A stretch of DNA of 63,260 bases, the filler included, from Atractiella rhizophila (taxonomy: Eukaryota), in assembly GCA_021432655.1 (NCBI GenBank). It is 5 parts of 5 records of this genome, joined end to end, with 100 filler letters (N's around TTAATTAATTAA, not from the genome) between each part and the next. Parts side by side here need not be neighbours in the genome. Positions count along the whole stretch, not along the records: positions 1 to 25,157 come from MU271780.1; positions 25,258 to 50,251 come from MU271781.1; 3 more parts are not named here. One strand, 5' to 3'. The notes beneath the pieces were generated by a model that was not told where the DNA came from, searched no databases, and saw only the letters and a program-made list of their open reading frames with translations. This document shows, one piece after another, positions 13,186 to 26,654 of this stretch; the stretch's first letter is position 1, and every line of letters begins with the position of its first letter. A program made the position numbers and the translations under genes.

Positions 13186-15551
13186 ATGCCTCCCTATCGA
13201 CTCGAGTCAAGCCATGGTCGTTTACCCAGCTCATATAAACACTTAAAGGTTTCAGCCTATTCTTGCTTGATTCATCCTGTCCTGTATACATCGAAGACCC
13301 TTGCAACAGCTAGAGGAACTAAGAGCCCAAGCTCATTCTCCAGACCCTATGGCTTCCAATTCACACACTGATCACAACGACCCGGACCTACGAGTGACAT
13401 CTTTCGACGGACTCAATATTTCCAGCATTCAAGTTCCCGAGTGCGAACCGAATGTTCAAGTTAGGGGACGTCCTTCGGTGACCCCTGCTCTTGGTGCCAG
13501 CGAAAGCACACCTCTCCTTGCCACGTCCACGCATGATAGAGCCCTCGGATTGTTTGATCTACATTGGAACAACAGAAAGGAATCGTGGCTTCTCGCTTGT
13601 TACACGACTCCAATATTCGCCACTTATTGCTTTGAATATTCGCTATTGGCCGTTACCGTTTTCAGCGTGGGCCATTTGGGGACGACGGAATTGGCTGGTG
13701 AGTGCTCTGCTTCGATAAATCGAGGTATGCGCTTACACTTCAGTGTGTAGCTTCATCGCTGGCATCGATAACTGCGAACGTTGCTTGCTTCTCTCTGGTA
13801 TCAGGAGTGTGCTCTGCCATCGATTCTCTTTCTTCTCAAGCTTTCACCTCTTCCAATCCCAAATCCACGTCTCTGCACGCCTTGAGGACTTATCTCATAC
13901 TACTGTTGTTGGCAGTACCCCAAATCACATTATTCTGGTTAGCAGAGCCAATCTTCATTGTTCTTCGACAGGATGCCGAAGTCGCTCGACTTGCTTCGCT
14001 TTACCTTCGAGTACGTCGTTTGTCTACCTTCAGAAGCAAGCTCAAGACTGAACAGATAGTGAGCTGTGGTTTACCGGCTTATGCAGGCTTTGAGTGTGTT
14101 CGACGCTGGCTGCAAGCTCAGGTACCTCCTCTCAGCTTAAAGTGACGATGCTCAATGATCCAACAGGCATTGATGACCGTTCCGACTATAGCCACAGCCT
14201 TCAGTCTACCGATCAACATTGCAGGTAACCTGCTACTTGTCTGGGGACCAGATTCAGTACGGATTGGTTTTGCCGGTGCTCCTGTGGCGACGGTCTTGTC
14301 CATGTGGTCTATGTTCTTGTTCTCTTTGGTGTATAGTGTGTGGTGGGTGGATAAGAAAGGCTGGGGTGGATTTTCGATGGAGATTCTCAACGCTAGAGGT
14401 TTGTGCATCCTTGCTCACAAATCGCCTCACTGATCTACAGATAGGTTTGTGGATGAATCTCAAATTGGTGTGTGGTGGTTTTGGAGTAACATGTAGTTGA
14501 CTCTTCAACAGGGAATAGCAGGTATCCTTATGGTGGTCCGTTTTCACTGTTGATTTTCTGTAGAAACTGCTAAAAGTGTTTAGGGGAGCGAATGGTGGTC
14601 ATGGTTGGGCCAATTCCCTTATCGAATGAACGATCCGTGATCTTTTCATTCATCAGGGAAATCATCACGTTTGGAGCCTCATTGATGGGTCCGGCTCAAC
14701 TGGCGGCGCAGAGCATTCTTATCATCACAGCAGCGTTGAGTTACCAGCTCCCGGCTGCTTTGGGATCGTGCACCGTTTCTTCAACGAAAGTGTGAACAGC
14801 TCCACTGATTGACGACTTAGAGCTGCAGCTGTCAGGACTGGGAACTGCATTGGTGGCGGCTTTGGAATCATGGCTCAGAAGACAAGTGGGTTTTCCCGTT
14901 CATATGTGTCGTATCAACAGCTTAAACGATACAGGTCGAATCACGATCTTGTTAGCGGCTGGAATTTCTGTTATCAACTCACTGTGGTTGTTCCTCCTCA
15001 GGAACAAGTGGGGTTATCTCTTCATTGGTGAGACGCCGATAGTTGAATCTGTTGCTTCTGTTCTACCATTAGTAAGCTGCACGAGAGTCTGATCTGGAGG
15101 AGAGTCTGATATCTCATCTGCAGGTTGCATCCTTTCAGTTAGGTGATGGAGTCTCGGCAGCCTCGTCCGTTTCGCATCCGCCGCCGCTGCCAAACACTGA
15201 CTTGCCTCGTAGGACGGGGGTACTGAGAGGCATGGGAAGACAAAACGTTGGGGCAGCAATCAATTTGAGTGCGTTGTACCATCCTCCATATGGTTTTTCC
15301 ATTTGAAGTGCTTGCAATCAGCTGCATTTTATGTCGTCGGATTACCACTCGGTTTCTACCTTGCTTTCTCTAACTTTCAAATGGGTCTGTTTGGACTCTG
15401 GGTGGGCTGCACCGTCGCCGTCTATGGGACGATGATTGCCAGTGTCTTATTCATTGAGAGAGCAGAATGGACAAAGGAGGTGCAACGAGCACAGGACAAC
15501 TTGGGCGTTGGAAAGGTGAACTCTCATGATACCGCAGACGGTGTTCTTTGA
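13186..15551 (+). CDS. MATE family multidrug/toxin efflux transporter, multi-exon
   Basis: SVGHLGTTELA, SAIDSLSSQAF, RRWLQAQ, GFAGAPVA, EWWS, LAAQS, GVLRGMGRQ, FYVVGLPLG. Confidence 0.9.
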
Positions 15552-15866
15552 CAGCAAAAGAGAGAAGGGAGTGAAGGATTACATTGGAGAGCTACGAGTA
15601 GGCGGAGAATTCTCCCCACGTTCACACAAAAGCCAAAAGCCTGGAAGACTCAAATGCGAGCGTTAATTTGTTGAGTCCCTACCTCAAATCTGATCAATCC
15701 AATCTTCGAGATCTCGTGTCAAACAGATAAGGAAAGGGTCGGCCCTGATGAGGCTTTGATTGGTGAAATTCGAGCACATGAGATTGCTTTATGCGATTAG
15801 AAAGACGAATATAAGGACTATTGAAACTACTACATTCCGTATTTACTTCAAATAACCGAGCATTGT

Positions 15867-18800
15867 CTACTCCCGTAGAGTTAAAGCGGCGTTTAGATAC
15901 TGTGACCAACAGCACAATTAGTTATGACCAAACAGAAATGGAAGAAAAGGGCATACGGCTGCCATTTCAGCTTTGTGAGCTGCCTTGCTTCCAGTCGCCA
16001 CGCTCGAAGTGGGGTCACGACCTGCAAACCAGACCCTTTGTTCCTTATGGTGATCAGTTTCGCGCATGGCGGTTTCAATTCTCGACTGCAGGTACGACCA
16101 GGCACCACCGTTGAGCGGTTCCTCTTGAGCCCACATGACGTCCGAGTTGGGATACTTATTCAGAGCAGGAACGATGAGGTCGTATGGCACAGGAGAGATT
16201 TGTTCAAGGCGAGATATGGCAATGTTGTTGATACCGCGATTCTCCCGCTCTTGTAGAAGCTGGTAGTAAACTTGTCCAGAACAGATCTATGCACAAATGA
16301 GGAGGCAATCCCTGCGAGAAAAAAAGGACGAACGATGTGACGCTTGATCTCCTCGGGAGGGGCAAGAGATTCGGGATGAGGATCGGGGATGAAACGCTGG
16401 AAGGCCGTTCCAGCCCCCATTTCCTCGATTGTGCTTCTCGCCATCGGATGACGGAGCAAGTTTTTGGAGAAAAGAAGGATAAGTGGCTTTCGGAAGTCAC
16501 TGTTATGGTCGACTGAGCATTCCTTCCGTCTTGTATGGAAAAGGTTGATGAAAAGCATACCGATGAACCTGTCTCCTCAGCACGTGGAAGCAATTGGCGG
16601 GAGTGGTAGGATAAACGACCTGCATATTGCAATCCTGAAGCTGTCGTTTGAGTTTATCGCCCCTCGGGAAACGGAGGGGATGGTCATCGCAGAGCTGGAG
16701 GAACCTTTCTAGCCTGGCAGAGGAGTGTTCTGGTCCTTGACCGTCGTATCCATGAGGAAGGGACATGACCAGGCCGGAGCGTTGGAGCCATTTGCGCTCG
16801 CCAGAGGAGATGAATTGATCGACAATCACTGCGGCACCGTTTGCGAAGTCGCCAACTATCCATCATCGCAGTCAGTTCGGTCAATCCTGTTCGAGATAAA
16901 ACATAAATGAGAATAACGAACACTGTGCTTCCCAAATAGTCAAACTATGGGGATCGACCAACGAATAGCCCAATTCGAAACCGAGAACTCCGAATTCAGA
17001 AAGAGGAGAGTTACAAATGGTGAGTTTCGCCTGATCCTCACTCAAATGGTTGAGAGGGGTATAACGTTCGTCCGTCTCTTGATCATGGAGCACGGCGTGT
17101 CTCTGCGAGAAAGTTCCTCTCTCCACATCTTGACCCGAGAGACGAACATGGTTTCCCTCCAGCGCAAGCGTACCGAAAGCCAAAGCCTCCGCAGTGGAGT
17201 AATCGATGTTCACTCCCTCCTTCACCGTCTTTGCTCTCGTAGCCAAAATCCTCGCCAAATTCCTATGAACGCTGAACGTATCCGGGAAATTGCCCAACTG
17301 TTCTCCGATCGACTTGAGACGGTCGACCTCCACTCCCGTCTTCCTCGCCTCGAGAATATTCTCCTTCAGCTCTTTAGGACTCGGGAACCCCTCCCAACTG
17401 CTAGACAACCACTCCCTACTTGTCGTCTTATAATCTTTAGAAGCCTCTTGAGCCTTCTCCAACATTCCCCAAACCCACTGCTTATGTTTCTCAATCTCCT
17501 CCTTCGTGAACGTTTCCTCCTTCACCAACTTCTCCGCATACTGTTCCAACGCGCTCTTCTGCTTCCCAATCGCCTGATACATCTTCGGTTGGGTGAAAGA
17601 GGGTTGATCGGTTTCGTTATGTCCGTGCTTTCGATAACAAACGATATCGATGACCACGTCCTTCTTGAATTTGGCCCTCCAATCCGCCGCCAACTGACAG
17701 ACGAAATTCACCGCTTCCACATCGTCACCATTTACGTGGAAGATAGGAGCGTCGATAGCTTTGGCGATATCGGAGGGGTACGGGGTCGATCGTCCTTCTC
17801 TCGGGTCGGTGGTGAATCCAATCTGATTGTTGACGATGAGGTGGATCGTTCCCCCCGTTCCATAGTTTGGCAAATCGTACATCCCCATGGTCTCATAGAC
17901 CACTCCTTGACCTGCGAACGCTGCATCTCCATGCAACAACACGCCCATGGCGCTATTCGTATCCCCCATACCTTCAAAGTGTTGAATCCCCTTCGTCTTC
18001 CCAAGCACGACCGGGTCTTCGGCTTCCAAATGCGAAGGATTAGCAACGAGGGAAAGGTACACTCTCTTCCCTGACGGGGTCGGTCGCACGTAGTTGGCGC
18101 CCAAATGATACTTGACGTCTCCACCTCCCTCCTCATTCGGATCCTTCGAGCCAGCGAATTCGTTAAGGATAGCTTCCGTCGGTTTACGAATGACGTTCGA
18201 CAACACATTGAGCCTTCCTCGATGGGGCATGCCGATGACGATACTCTTCACTCCCTCATCCACGCTCCTATCGATCAAGGCCTTCATTCCCGGAATCAAG
18301 CTCTCGCAACCTTCGAGTCCGAAACGCTTTTCATTCGGGTATTTGGACGCGATGAACTTTTCGAAAGAGTCCGACCAAATCAGTCTATCCAATATCATCC
18401 TCTTCTCATCGATGGTATAGCTGTACGGGACAGGGGTTTCGAATTTAGCTCGGAGCCAATCGCATTGGAGACGGTCGGGGATATGGACGTATTGGACGCC
18501 GACTGATGAGCAATAGACCTTCTTGCAGGTCTCAATCACCTCCCGAAGGGTCATCTTCGTGATGCCGGATTCGAGGAATTGGGGAAGGATACCGGGACCT
18601 AGCGCGAATTCTTTGTCGAGATCCTTCTCTTCCCATCCGTAAGTCGAGATTTGAAGTTCGGAGGGGACGGATGAGTCGAGGTCGACGGCGTTGATGCCTA
18701 ATGGATCCAAGGTCGCGATGTGGTGACCCCGTACTTGGTATGCTCGAACGAGCAGTTGTACCTGTTACCGTCACCATAATGTGTCAACCAACGCACTTTG

Positions 18801-19507
18801 GCTGCCTCGCTGCAACATGAACTTCTGGGCTGCTCAATAACGAAAAGAATGCGAGAACGAGGGGGTTTAAATGAAGACCTTCAGTCTGAGTATTTGAACT
18901 GCCAATGGCAAGCTCGCTGCTGGTTCTCGTGACGCTAAGCGTAATTTTGCTACAGACCACCAGTAAAATTCGTTCGCTACAAAGGTGGAGCAATCCGGAC
19001 GAGAAATGGCCCATCCAAAAGGCTAAAGAGGAGCCCCACGTCGAACCACAAACATGCATTAATGGAGCAGGAGCTGCCTCCGCTGCAGCGCCGAACCCCG
19101 ACGTGTAAAAGAGGGCAACGAACCTTCATATGATCCTCCAAATCACCTCCACCACCCATACTCAATACAGGTGCTCCATCCGCAGCCACAGGCATAGCGC
19201 CCAGCCCAGCCATAAGTTGCGGAGGAGGGACAAAAGCATGTTCGCTCTTCAAGCCCTTGGTGTCCATCCCGCTAAAGTAGACCTTCCAACTGGGGTGAAC
19301 CGCGGAAGGGTCGCGCTGGTAGAGGCGGTACATTTCCTCGATGTAGTACGAGTTGGTGCCATTGGCGAAGGCGTCGACTGGCGACGGGGCCGACTTGAGG
19401 TTGGCGGGTGTGGGGGAGGCAGCGGTGGCCAGTGCGCGGAGGGGAGTCTGCCGCGGAGAGAGGGAGGTGCGGAGGAGATGCCGGGGGGGAAGACGACGTA
19501 GGAACAT
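15867..19507 (-). CDS. KGD1: 2-oxoglutarate dehydrogenase E1 component, mitochondrial
   Basis: [34 protein letters not shown]-binding [36 protein letters not shown]. Confidence 0.98.
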
Positions 19508-21011
19508 TGTGGGCGAAGGATGAGTGGCGAAATGAAGAATTCGTCGTTTTTGTGGTTACAGCACCTCAGGGGCTCGTTCTTCGTTCGTCCGGACGACAAC
19601 GACGGGGCTTGCTTTCGTCTCTTTACGAGGGTCACGGTCACTGCGTTAGGAACGGACGGACAGAGTAACGCAAGACGTGAGGTGTGCGAATGTTGAGCAA
19701 ACGGAGGCTGCTTCACTGTTTATGTTCAGACAACGTGGCAAAGAAAGTCCATTTGAGGAAGCCGAACGTCGGCACCTCGACTCAAGTTGACTTGCGGCGG
19801 ACCTCTGTCATCCTTTCAGCCCAAACAAGAATGAGTGGCTATCCCTTACTGGATCCCTCGGGGGACCTTTCCTTTTAGCGCGGAATCAGACGATGGGAGC
19901 TCAGTGTTCTGAAGGGCAACTACCTTACCATTCCGAGTCTCTCTCATTTCAAGTCCAAGTTAAAGCGTAGGCTGGACGTAGTGAGGTTAAGTCGAGGATA
20001 GATGAAATGTGTGATGTGATATTAGTTTTAGAGTTGGCTGCAAAGCTGCTGCTTCAAACGACGCCTATGCAGTTGGAGGAAGGTGTTGACCAGCATTTCA
20101 CCTATCTTTTGAACTAGCGTGCTCTCGTTTCTGTCTGCGCTATCTCTCTTATAAGTCATTGTAAATATTGATGGTAAACCTTCCATATTTTGTTCCTAAC
20201 TATTCTGTCAAAGGTGAAGAATCAGCCTTTCGTGCTGAATTCGACCGGGTTGATCCAACATCCTTACCCCCCGTCTCAACCAGATTCACCTCAACATCAC
20301 GTCGAAAAATTGCAATGGATCCGTTTGATTATCACCAAGCAGATAGTTTGGTGCTACTCCGTACAAGGTGCAAACGGGTCGTTTTGAGCCTCCAGTGCTA
20401 GTGATACACACTAAGACTGGCAGGTCTGGCAGATGAATTCAATCTCCGCTGCATGACACTAGGACATTATGTAACAATTAATAAAACCATCAATTCTGTC
20501 AAGGCTTCTTTTGCCCCAGTAGGAGGACTATGACTTCGCTTTGGCTTTGCATCAGCTGCCCACCTCTGGCACTGGCGGGAATACGGTGCGAAGAGGGTTC
20601 GGAGACCGCTATTTCTTGGATAACAAGCTTGTGGTTCATCTCTCTTCCCCATTTCTGAGCATCCACCAAGGTTCAAATAGAATCCAAGATATTGCCCTGC
20701 ACGTAGGATCACGTGAGGCTTCAGCTGTTTTAGATACTACGCTCTTTATAGCAGGTCTGTTTGAACATGACACCCTTCACTGTGTAGCCAGGTTATGTGA
20801 AAGCCTTTTATATTTCAGATCCAACGAATCCATGCAACCTTTGAGGTACATCCTGCCACCTCTGACTCAAATGCAGGCGCAGATGCTCGCTCGCTTACAG
20901 ATATCCTCAGACATTCATAAGGCGTCGAATGCATTCATCACTCTCGGATGTGGACGAAGTAATCACAGCTGAAATATCATTTACGTAGTCTTATGCTCTA
21001 TTCGTATCTCT

Positions 21012-21422
21012 TCAACACCAACCCAGCTGGAGAATGACAAGAAGCGACCCACCTTCAGCCCACCTGTCGAGCTCTCCAGCCTCCTTCTCCAGCCTGTCTA
21101 ATTTCCCAGCAACGACATCCAGCTCTTTTCCCAGATTCAACACTTCCTCCGTCAGTTGGAGGAAAGCGCGGGCAGCTGCAACGGAGTCTTCTTCCCGAGG
21201 AGTCTGGACAAAGGACTGCAGCTCTGAATCGCTTAATCGAGACTTTTCACCTCTTGACTTCAGCTTAGGGAATCGAGAGATGTCCCCCCAAACATCCTCC
21301 ATCGTTGGTGTCATTCTTTGGTCTTCTTTGATTCTGGCTTCAGGACTACCGTGAGCTTATTCTCCAACCTTTTGGGACAGGTTTCACATATTTCATATCG
21401 AGACTGCCCTGGAGATAACGCA
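21012..21422 (-). CDS. Small hypothetical coiled-coil protein; boundaries uncertain
   Basis: ORF 21012-21314 has natural composition and heptad-like LDVVAGKLDRLEKEAGEL. Confidence 0.45.
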
Positions 21423-21768
21423 CCATCAACGACAATGGTGCCCGTCGACTCATGAGTTCTTTTGAACATGGAGAGACAAGCACAACACCGCCGGTGTCAT
21501 TAGGGGCGAACAATTGAAGAAGCGAACATTCGAATTTTACGTAGTTGTACATGAGATGGAAGACGGCAAGGGTGCTGGGAACAAAAGGAGCTGTGCCATC
21601 GGAGCTGCTGGGGCTGTTTGAGATGTCAGCACACATCGTTGGGAACTACATAAGTTTCAGCTGCCATCTACAGCACTCGATTTCTCCTCCTCCATCCAAC
21701 AGTGACGATATCTGGTGGGTGGAATTTTTGAGGATGTCTGAGTGGACTTCTGATCATGTTTCCACAGA

Positions 21769-23722
21769 ATGGCCACCTACCGCTCAGTTCATACGAACGA
21801 ACTAGAAAACGAAGAGTATCGCCTCCAAGGACCCCGTCCCGACATAGTCAGAAACGCGAGCGATTCGACCTTATTGGGTAGGCCGAACGAGAGCTCGTAC
21901 TTCCAGCCAACATGGAACTCGAAGGAGACAGGATCGACTGCCTTCCATGTTGTCGACGCCGATTCTCGCCCACGACGCCGATTCATTGACCACTTCCTTT
22001 CGGGAACCTTTCTCATCTCCTCCTTTTGGCTCGTTGCTTCGCTGGCCATGGCATTGGCCCATCACTTCGTCTATAATAGTGTGGATACAAAAGCTATTGA
22101 TGATGTGGGACTCAGCCAGAATTGGTTACTGAGGATAGGGACTGGATTGGGATTCGCCTTTCAAGTCTTCGTCACTGAGGCTGTCAGCATTGCTTTCACG
22201 AAAACCGCATGGTACGTCTGTTTACATTCTCTATCTTCAATGACTGAGCTTGAGCACAGGAACCATGCTCGAACGACCTATCGCTCGCTCAAGGACATTT
22301 CTGCTTCATTTGCGCTGAACAATTCCATCTTTTCCTACCTTCACTTCGCACTTTGGAGGAATAGCAAATCTCTTGTCCTCATTTCTACCATCGCACGTCT
22401 ACTCGCCATTCCCGCCATCCTTACACCCGCAACTCTTACAGCTTCTTTCCGCACCTCGACGTCTACCATGCCTTGCACAGTTCCGACTTTCTCAATGGCG
22501 AATACACTGTTTCCGGAGGAGACGGAACTGGTAAATTATATCGTTTGGAAGGTCTGTCTATGATGTCACTTGACTGACGGAAGCTCGTTCTCATCGAAAG
22601 GATAGGGAGATCCGGCGGACGCAACGTACGATGGCCCATCCTTGCCGATGCAAGCGCTCGCAACCCGCGTCTTCCTTTCCTCTGCGCCTGTCACTGGTTG
22701 GAAAGCGGCATGCGAGAGTGTGAACTGCACATTCACGACGACGCTTCAAGCACCGGCTTACAAATGTGAGGATGCTCCTGACGATATTTCCATCGATCCT
22801 GGAACGGACTTTATCTATTGGAACGCGACAGACGTCAAGGGGACTGACAAGGATGTCCTCATCGTTCACTATGGATCAGACGTATCCAAACCTGCCATCC
22901 ACTGTACAGCTTACGTGTCCAACTACACCGTCTACATCAATCAAACCGCTGATGTGCTCACTCTCGAAGCTCCTGAGCCGGTGTACGGGGACCCTATTTG
23001 GTCAAAAGATGCACATTGGGAGTACCCTCTGGGTGGTCTGCGGCCAACTGGCCCAGGAAGGATGATTGCCATCAAAGTACGCCTGGTTTCTTGAACTCTT
23101 GGATGCAAATTGAGTGCACCGATTTTGGAACTTAGGATTCTCTGGCGAATCTGCTAGTTGGTGATATCTCCAGGAACATCGCAGGAGGACCAACGACTGG
23201 TGCCGGAAGGACACCAAACCTAACCAGTGTGGGTCTCAGCTCAGATGTCGACTTGTACAATTCGACAGGATACCCAACGAGGGATGGACTTTTGCGCGTC
23301 ATCCCGAAATTGATGAACCAGATTAGCTGTGCGCGCTCTCCTTCACTTGCTCAGTGATACTCAAAATCAGGTTCATAGTGAGTTTGCTCTCCCTCAATGT
23401 CCCCGAAAATCAGACTTCAACCTGCGTCTCCTCATTTCTTCTCCCTTCCTATCAGTACGATTCATTACAGCTGCTGGTGTCCTACCTATCGGGATTTGGG
23501 GTCGCTCTTCTGACTGTTCTGATTGGCACCAACTTCTATCAGAAAACGCATGAAGAAGATATCGCCATGATTGACTTCGTCCTCACAACAAGGAATCCGG
23601 CACTTGACAGACTAGTGTCGCCAAATGGAGGCTTGGCGGAAGGTGCAGAGCATGTTAAGCTCAGGCTGGGACACCTGAAGGGTGGAGGGTTCGCGTTTGG
23701 TACGAGGGACGATGTAGGGTGA
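21769..23722 (+). CDS. Uncharacterised fungal multi-pass membrane protein, multi-exon
   Basis: Consecutive + ORFs (264, 150, 122 aa) linked by GT-AG introns. Several hydrophobic helices and a Cys-containing putative luminal region. Confidence 0.75.
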
Positions 23723-24198
23723 GCCGTAAACGGTAAATGGTCAGATTGGCTTGTAAATATTCGGGAAGTGGACACATATGTATTGTGACATCGGAAGGAC
23801 AGAATCGATCTGGTTGGATTGATTGATCTTGAGGACACTTCCACTCATTATTGCCTGATTGAATTAAGCACGATAACATTCCATCTTCTTACCTCGACAA
23901 TATTGACTGGTCACGTGATCTTGTCGAAGGGCAGATCGGAGAAGTTTGAGTTCTCACTTGTCATGCAAAGGCAGACCAGGTTAGATTTAACCAGTGTGGT
24001 TTCTCTCTTTCACGCTCCGTCCTACGAGACATAGCTGAATATCATCCTCATGTTTTTTCTCTGTGGCATCAGCTCAGCCCCTTAGATCGACAGCCTAAGG
24101 GGCTGAAAGGTCCTCACCCAAAATTTCTGCAGAGGGCTGGTGAGGATCCAGCGGAACATATCATTTAAACGAACTACTAATCTTCCAAGAGCCCCAAA

Positions 24199-25157
24199 AT
24201 GCCTCCTCGTGCCCGCTGTAAGTATCTTTCTCATCATTCTCGAAGCGTGGAAAGATTTTGACCTGTCTGTTCTCCATAACAAGCGCGGTCTCGCGCGCCA
24301 GACTCTGGCAAAACACCTTTAGCCACGCTCGTTGATACTGCACCACCCACAAAAAGGACGCGCGCCTCGTCCGCTAAACCGGCGTCTAAAGCTGCAGCGA
24401 AGCCAGTTTCAACTGCCCGCGGACGTCGAGGCAAAACCGCTGACGTCGAGATGAAGGATCTGACCAACGGACATACGATCGTAGAAGAGAAGAAGGGGAA
24501 GAAGAGAGGAAGAACTAGCGATGGTGATGAATTGGAGACTAAAAAAAAGGCGAGGGTTGAGAAGCCTACACTTAATGGACCACCTAGACAAGAGTGGTTT
24601 TGGAGCGATGAGAGGAAGAAAATGTTCAAATTTGATTGGAATATGTGAGTTTCCTTCCTATTCATGTTCGCTCGGTCCTTGGAGAGAGAGAACGAATTTC
24701 CGCGATGCGATTTCGCAACGTACCCAACTGTTTGGAGCTGTTTTGCTGCCAAAGTCCCTAACAGTCTTCATCTCCCTTTTGCACTTTCACTCCTCATCAT
24801 GGTGTCTAATTCTGTTGTTTTATAGCCCTAAAGGTCGGCGTGGACTTTTTATTTTCGGTTCTGGAGACATGGGGCAATTTGGGCTCGGCACGACTGAACT
24901 GGACGAGATAACGCGTCCAAAGCTACATAGCTGGTTTGATTCGCGAATTCCTCCCAAGGCCCCTGAAGAAGATGCCCTCGGTCTTGCCAACGAAGCCCAT
25001 ACCTTACCTTCGCCTGGAATCAGTGATGTCGAATGTGGCGGCATGCACACCCTCGTCGTTACTTCCGATGGCAAACTTTTAACTTGGGGTATCAACGATC
25101 ATTCTGCTCTAGGTACGCTCCCTTGCGTCGACCGTGATATTTGATTCATTGATGGTT
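24199..25157 (+). CDS. RCC1-family protein (Ran GEF-like), 5' part only, cut by contig end
   Basis: Basic N-terminal tail, then FGSGDMGQFGLG and VECGGMHTLVVTSDGKLLTWGINDHSALG (RCC1 repeats). Confidence 0.88.
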
Positions 25158-25257
25158 NNNNNNNNNNNNNNNNNNNNNNNNNNNNNNNNNNNNNNNNNNN
25201 NTTAATTAATTAANNNNNNNNNNNNNNNNNNNNNNNNNNNNNNNNNNNNNNNNNNNN
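25158..25257. other. Artificial 100-nt contig linker
   Basis: N44-TTAATTAATTAA-N44 (stop codons in all six frames). The same linker occurs four times. Confidence 0.97.
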
Positions 25258-26490
25258 TTCCCAGCTAGGCATGGCTCACAAATAGGGTCTGGATCATCCT
25301 CCAGGTCCAAAATCATCCCATTCACAAGTTCCTTCCTCTTCAGACGCTTGATGTCCTCATAATTCAGGTGTCCAAGTCTCCTATGCCATAGAGAAGCATC
25401 CATGGGCAGTGTAGAAGCATTCCCAGCGAATTCTGGAGCAGGAAGGGTGTTCCCATCAAGTATCCCAGCCATGCTTCCATTCTTGTACTCCACAGTGGCA
25501 GTAAGGCAGAGTTTTTGATGCTGGAAGAAGAGAACCTTGTTGTGCTTGATGGAGACCCTCATTCCCTTGTAGATGGTAAGCTTGAAGACTGACAGGAGGT
25601 TGTTCCAGAGCTTGGGGACATGTAGGACGTCTGAAATGGTAATGGTGGTGGTCTTCTTCTCCCCCAACGTGGCTTCAAAGATTAAGCTGCCAATTCCAGC
25701 ACTCCAAATCACTTCTCCACTTGCTACCCTGATAGGAATGACCTTCTTGTGATAGGTTCTGAACCAATGACGATGGGGCCACATGTGGGAAGTTGCACCA
25801 GTGTCTGCTATCCACTCAAGGCTTGCTTGAGGCATAGTAACATCATTTGCTGCAGCAAGACTGTTCAGCCCAGCAAATTCCAACCCATTAAGAGCCATTT
25901 CCATCCCAAACATTCTCCTAGACCCTGTGGTTGAGTCCTGAGATCCCCTGATATGATGCAGAAAGAGTGATAGGGGCTGATGTGATGATGATGTGATGGT
26001 GGCAAATTTCGAAATTTTGACTGTTCTGATCAAGGTGATCTGTTGTAGGATAGTAGAATAGCCTATTGTGAATCCAATGGCGATAAAATTGTCCAGATCT
26101 GACCAGATCAGACTTCAAAAAGTCGAAAAATGTGTTTTGGGGGTATGAAGAAGGTGATGGAGTGGCTATCTCGAAATTTTCGCTTATTGTGACCAAGATG
26201 GTTCCTAGTAAAGTTGTAGCGCAGTGTTTCACGATCAAAATAAGCCCTATAACGTCCAAATTCGTCAAAGTTTGAGTCCAGGGTGGCAAAGTGCATTTTG
26301 AGGCAGGTGATGGGTGGTAAGGTGATAGATTTCGATATTTCTTGATTCCGGAGTAGGCAGAAACCTTGTAAGGTGGTAAAGGAACGTTTGAGGGTCACAA
26401 ATCTGTTCTGATCATTGAAATTGAGCGAAATTTGAGTGTGGGAGGGTGAAAATTGTGGTCTGGAGTAGGGGGAAGGTGATAGGTGTGATA
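25258..26490 (-). mobile_element. Ty1/Copia pol-only element, 5' part (leader, protease, pre-integrase HHCC), cut by the gap
   Basis: WIADTGATSHM and WHRRLGHLN...CEPCLAG. Near-identical to 47300-48450. Confidence 0.9.
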
Positions 26491-26654
26491 GTAATTTGTA
26501 TATATATATCTAAGAATAAGTATATATAAAGTTAAGTAATTTAGAAATATTAAAATAAAAATAAATCATAAATATGATTTAAATGAATATTTATATATAT
26601 AATTAAAAAAAAAAATTGCCTTGTTATCTTTTCTCACTTGTACTGCTCAGTATA

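Noticed and set aside
16947..18074. 375-aa + strand ORF
   Set aside because: Antisense shadow of the long KGD1 exon, with no recognisable motif.
18762..19123. TPP riboswitch in the KGD1 intron
   Set aside because: The conserved CUGAGA and downstream aptamer core are not present on the sense strand.
19508..21000. Short ORFs upstream of KGD1 (also 5760-7030)
   Set aside because: No motifs or coherent exon chain could be supported; treated as intergenic or unresolved.
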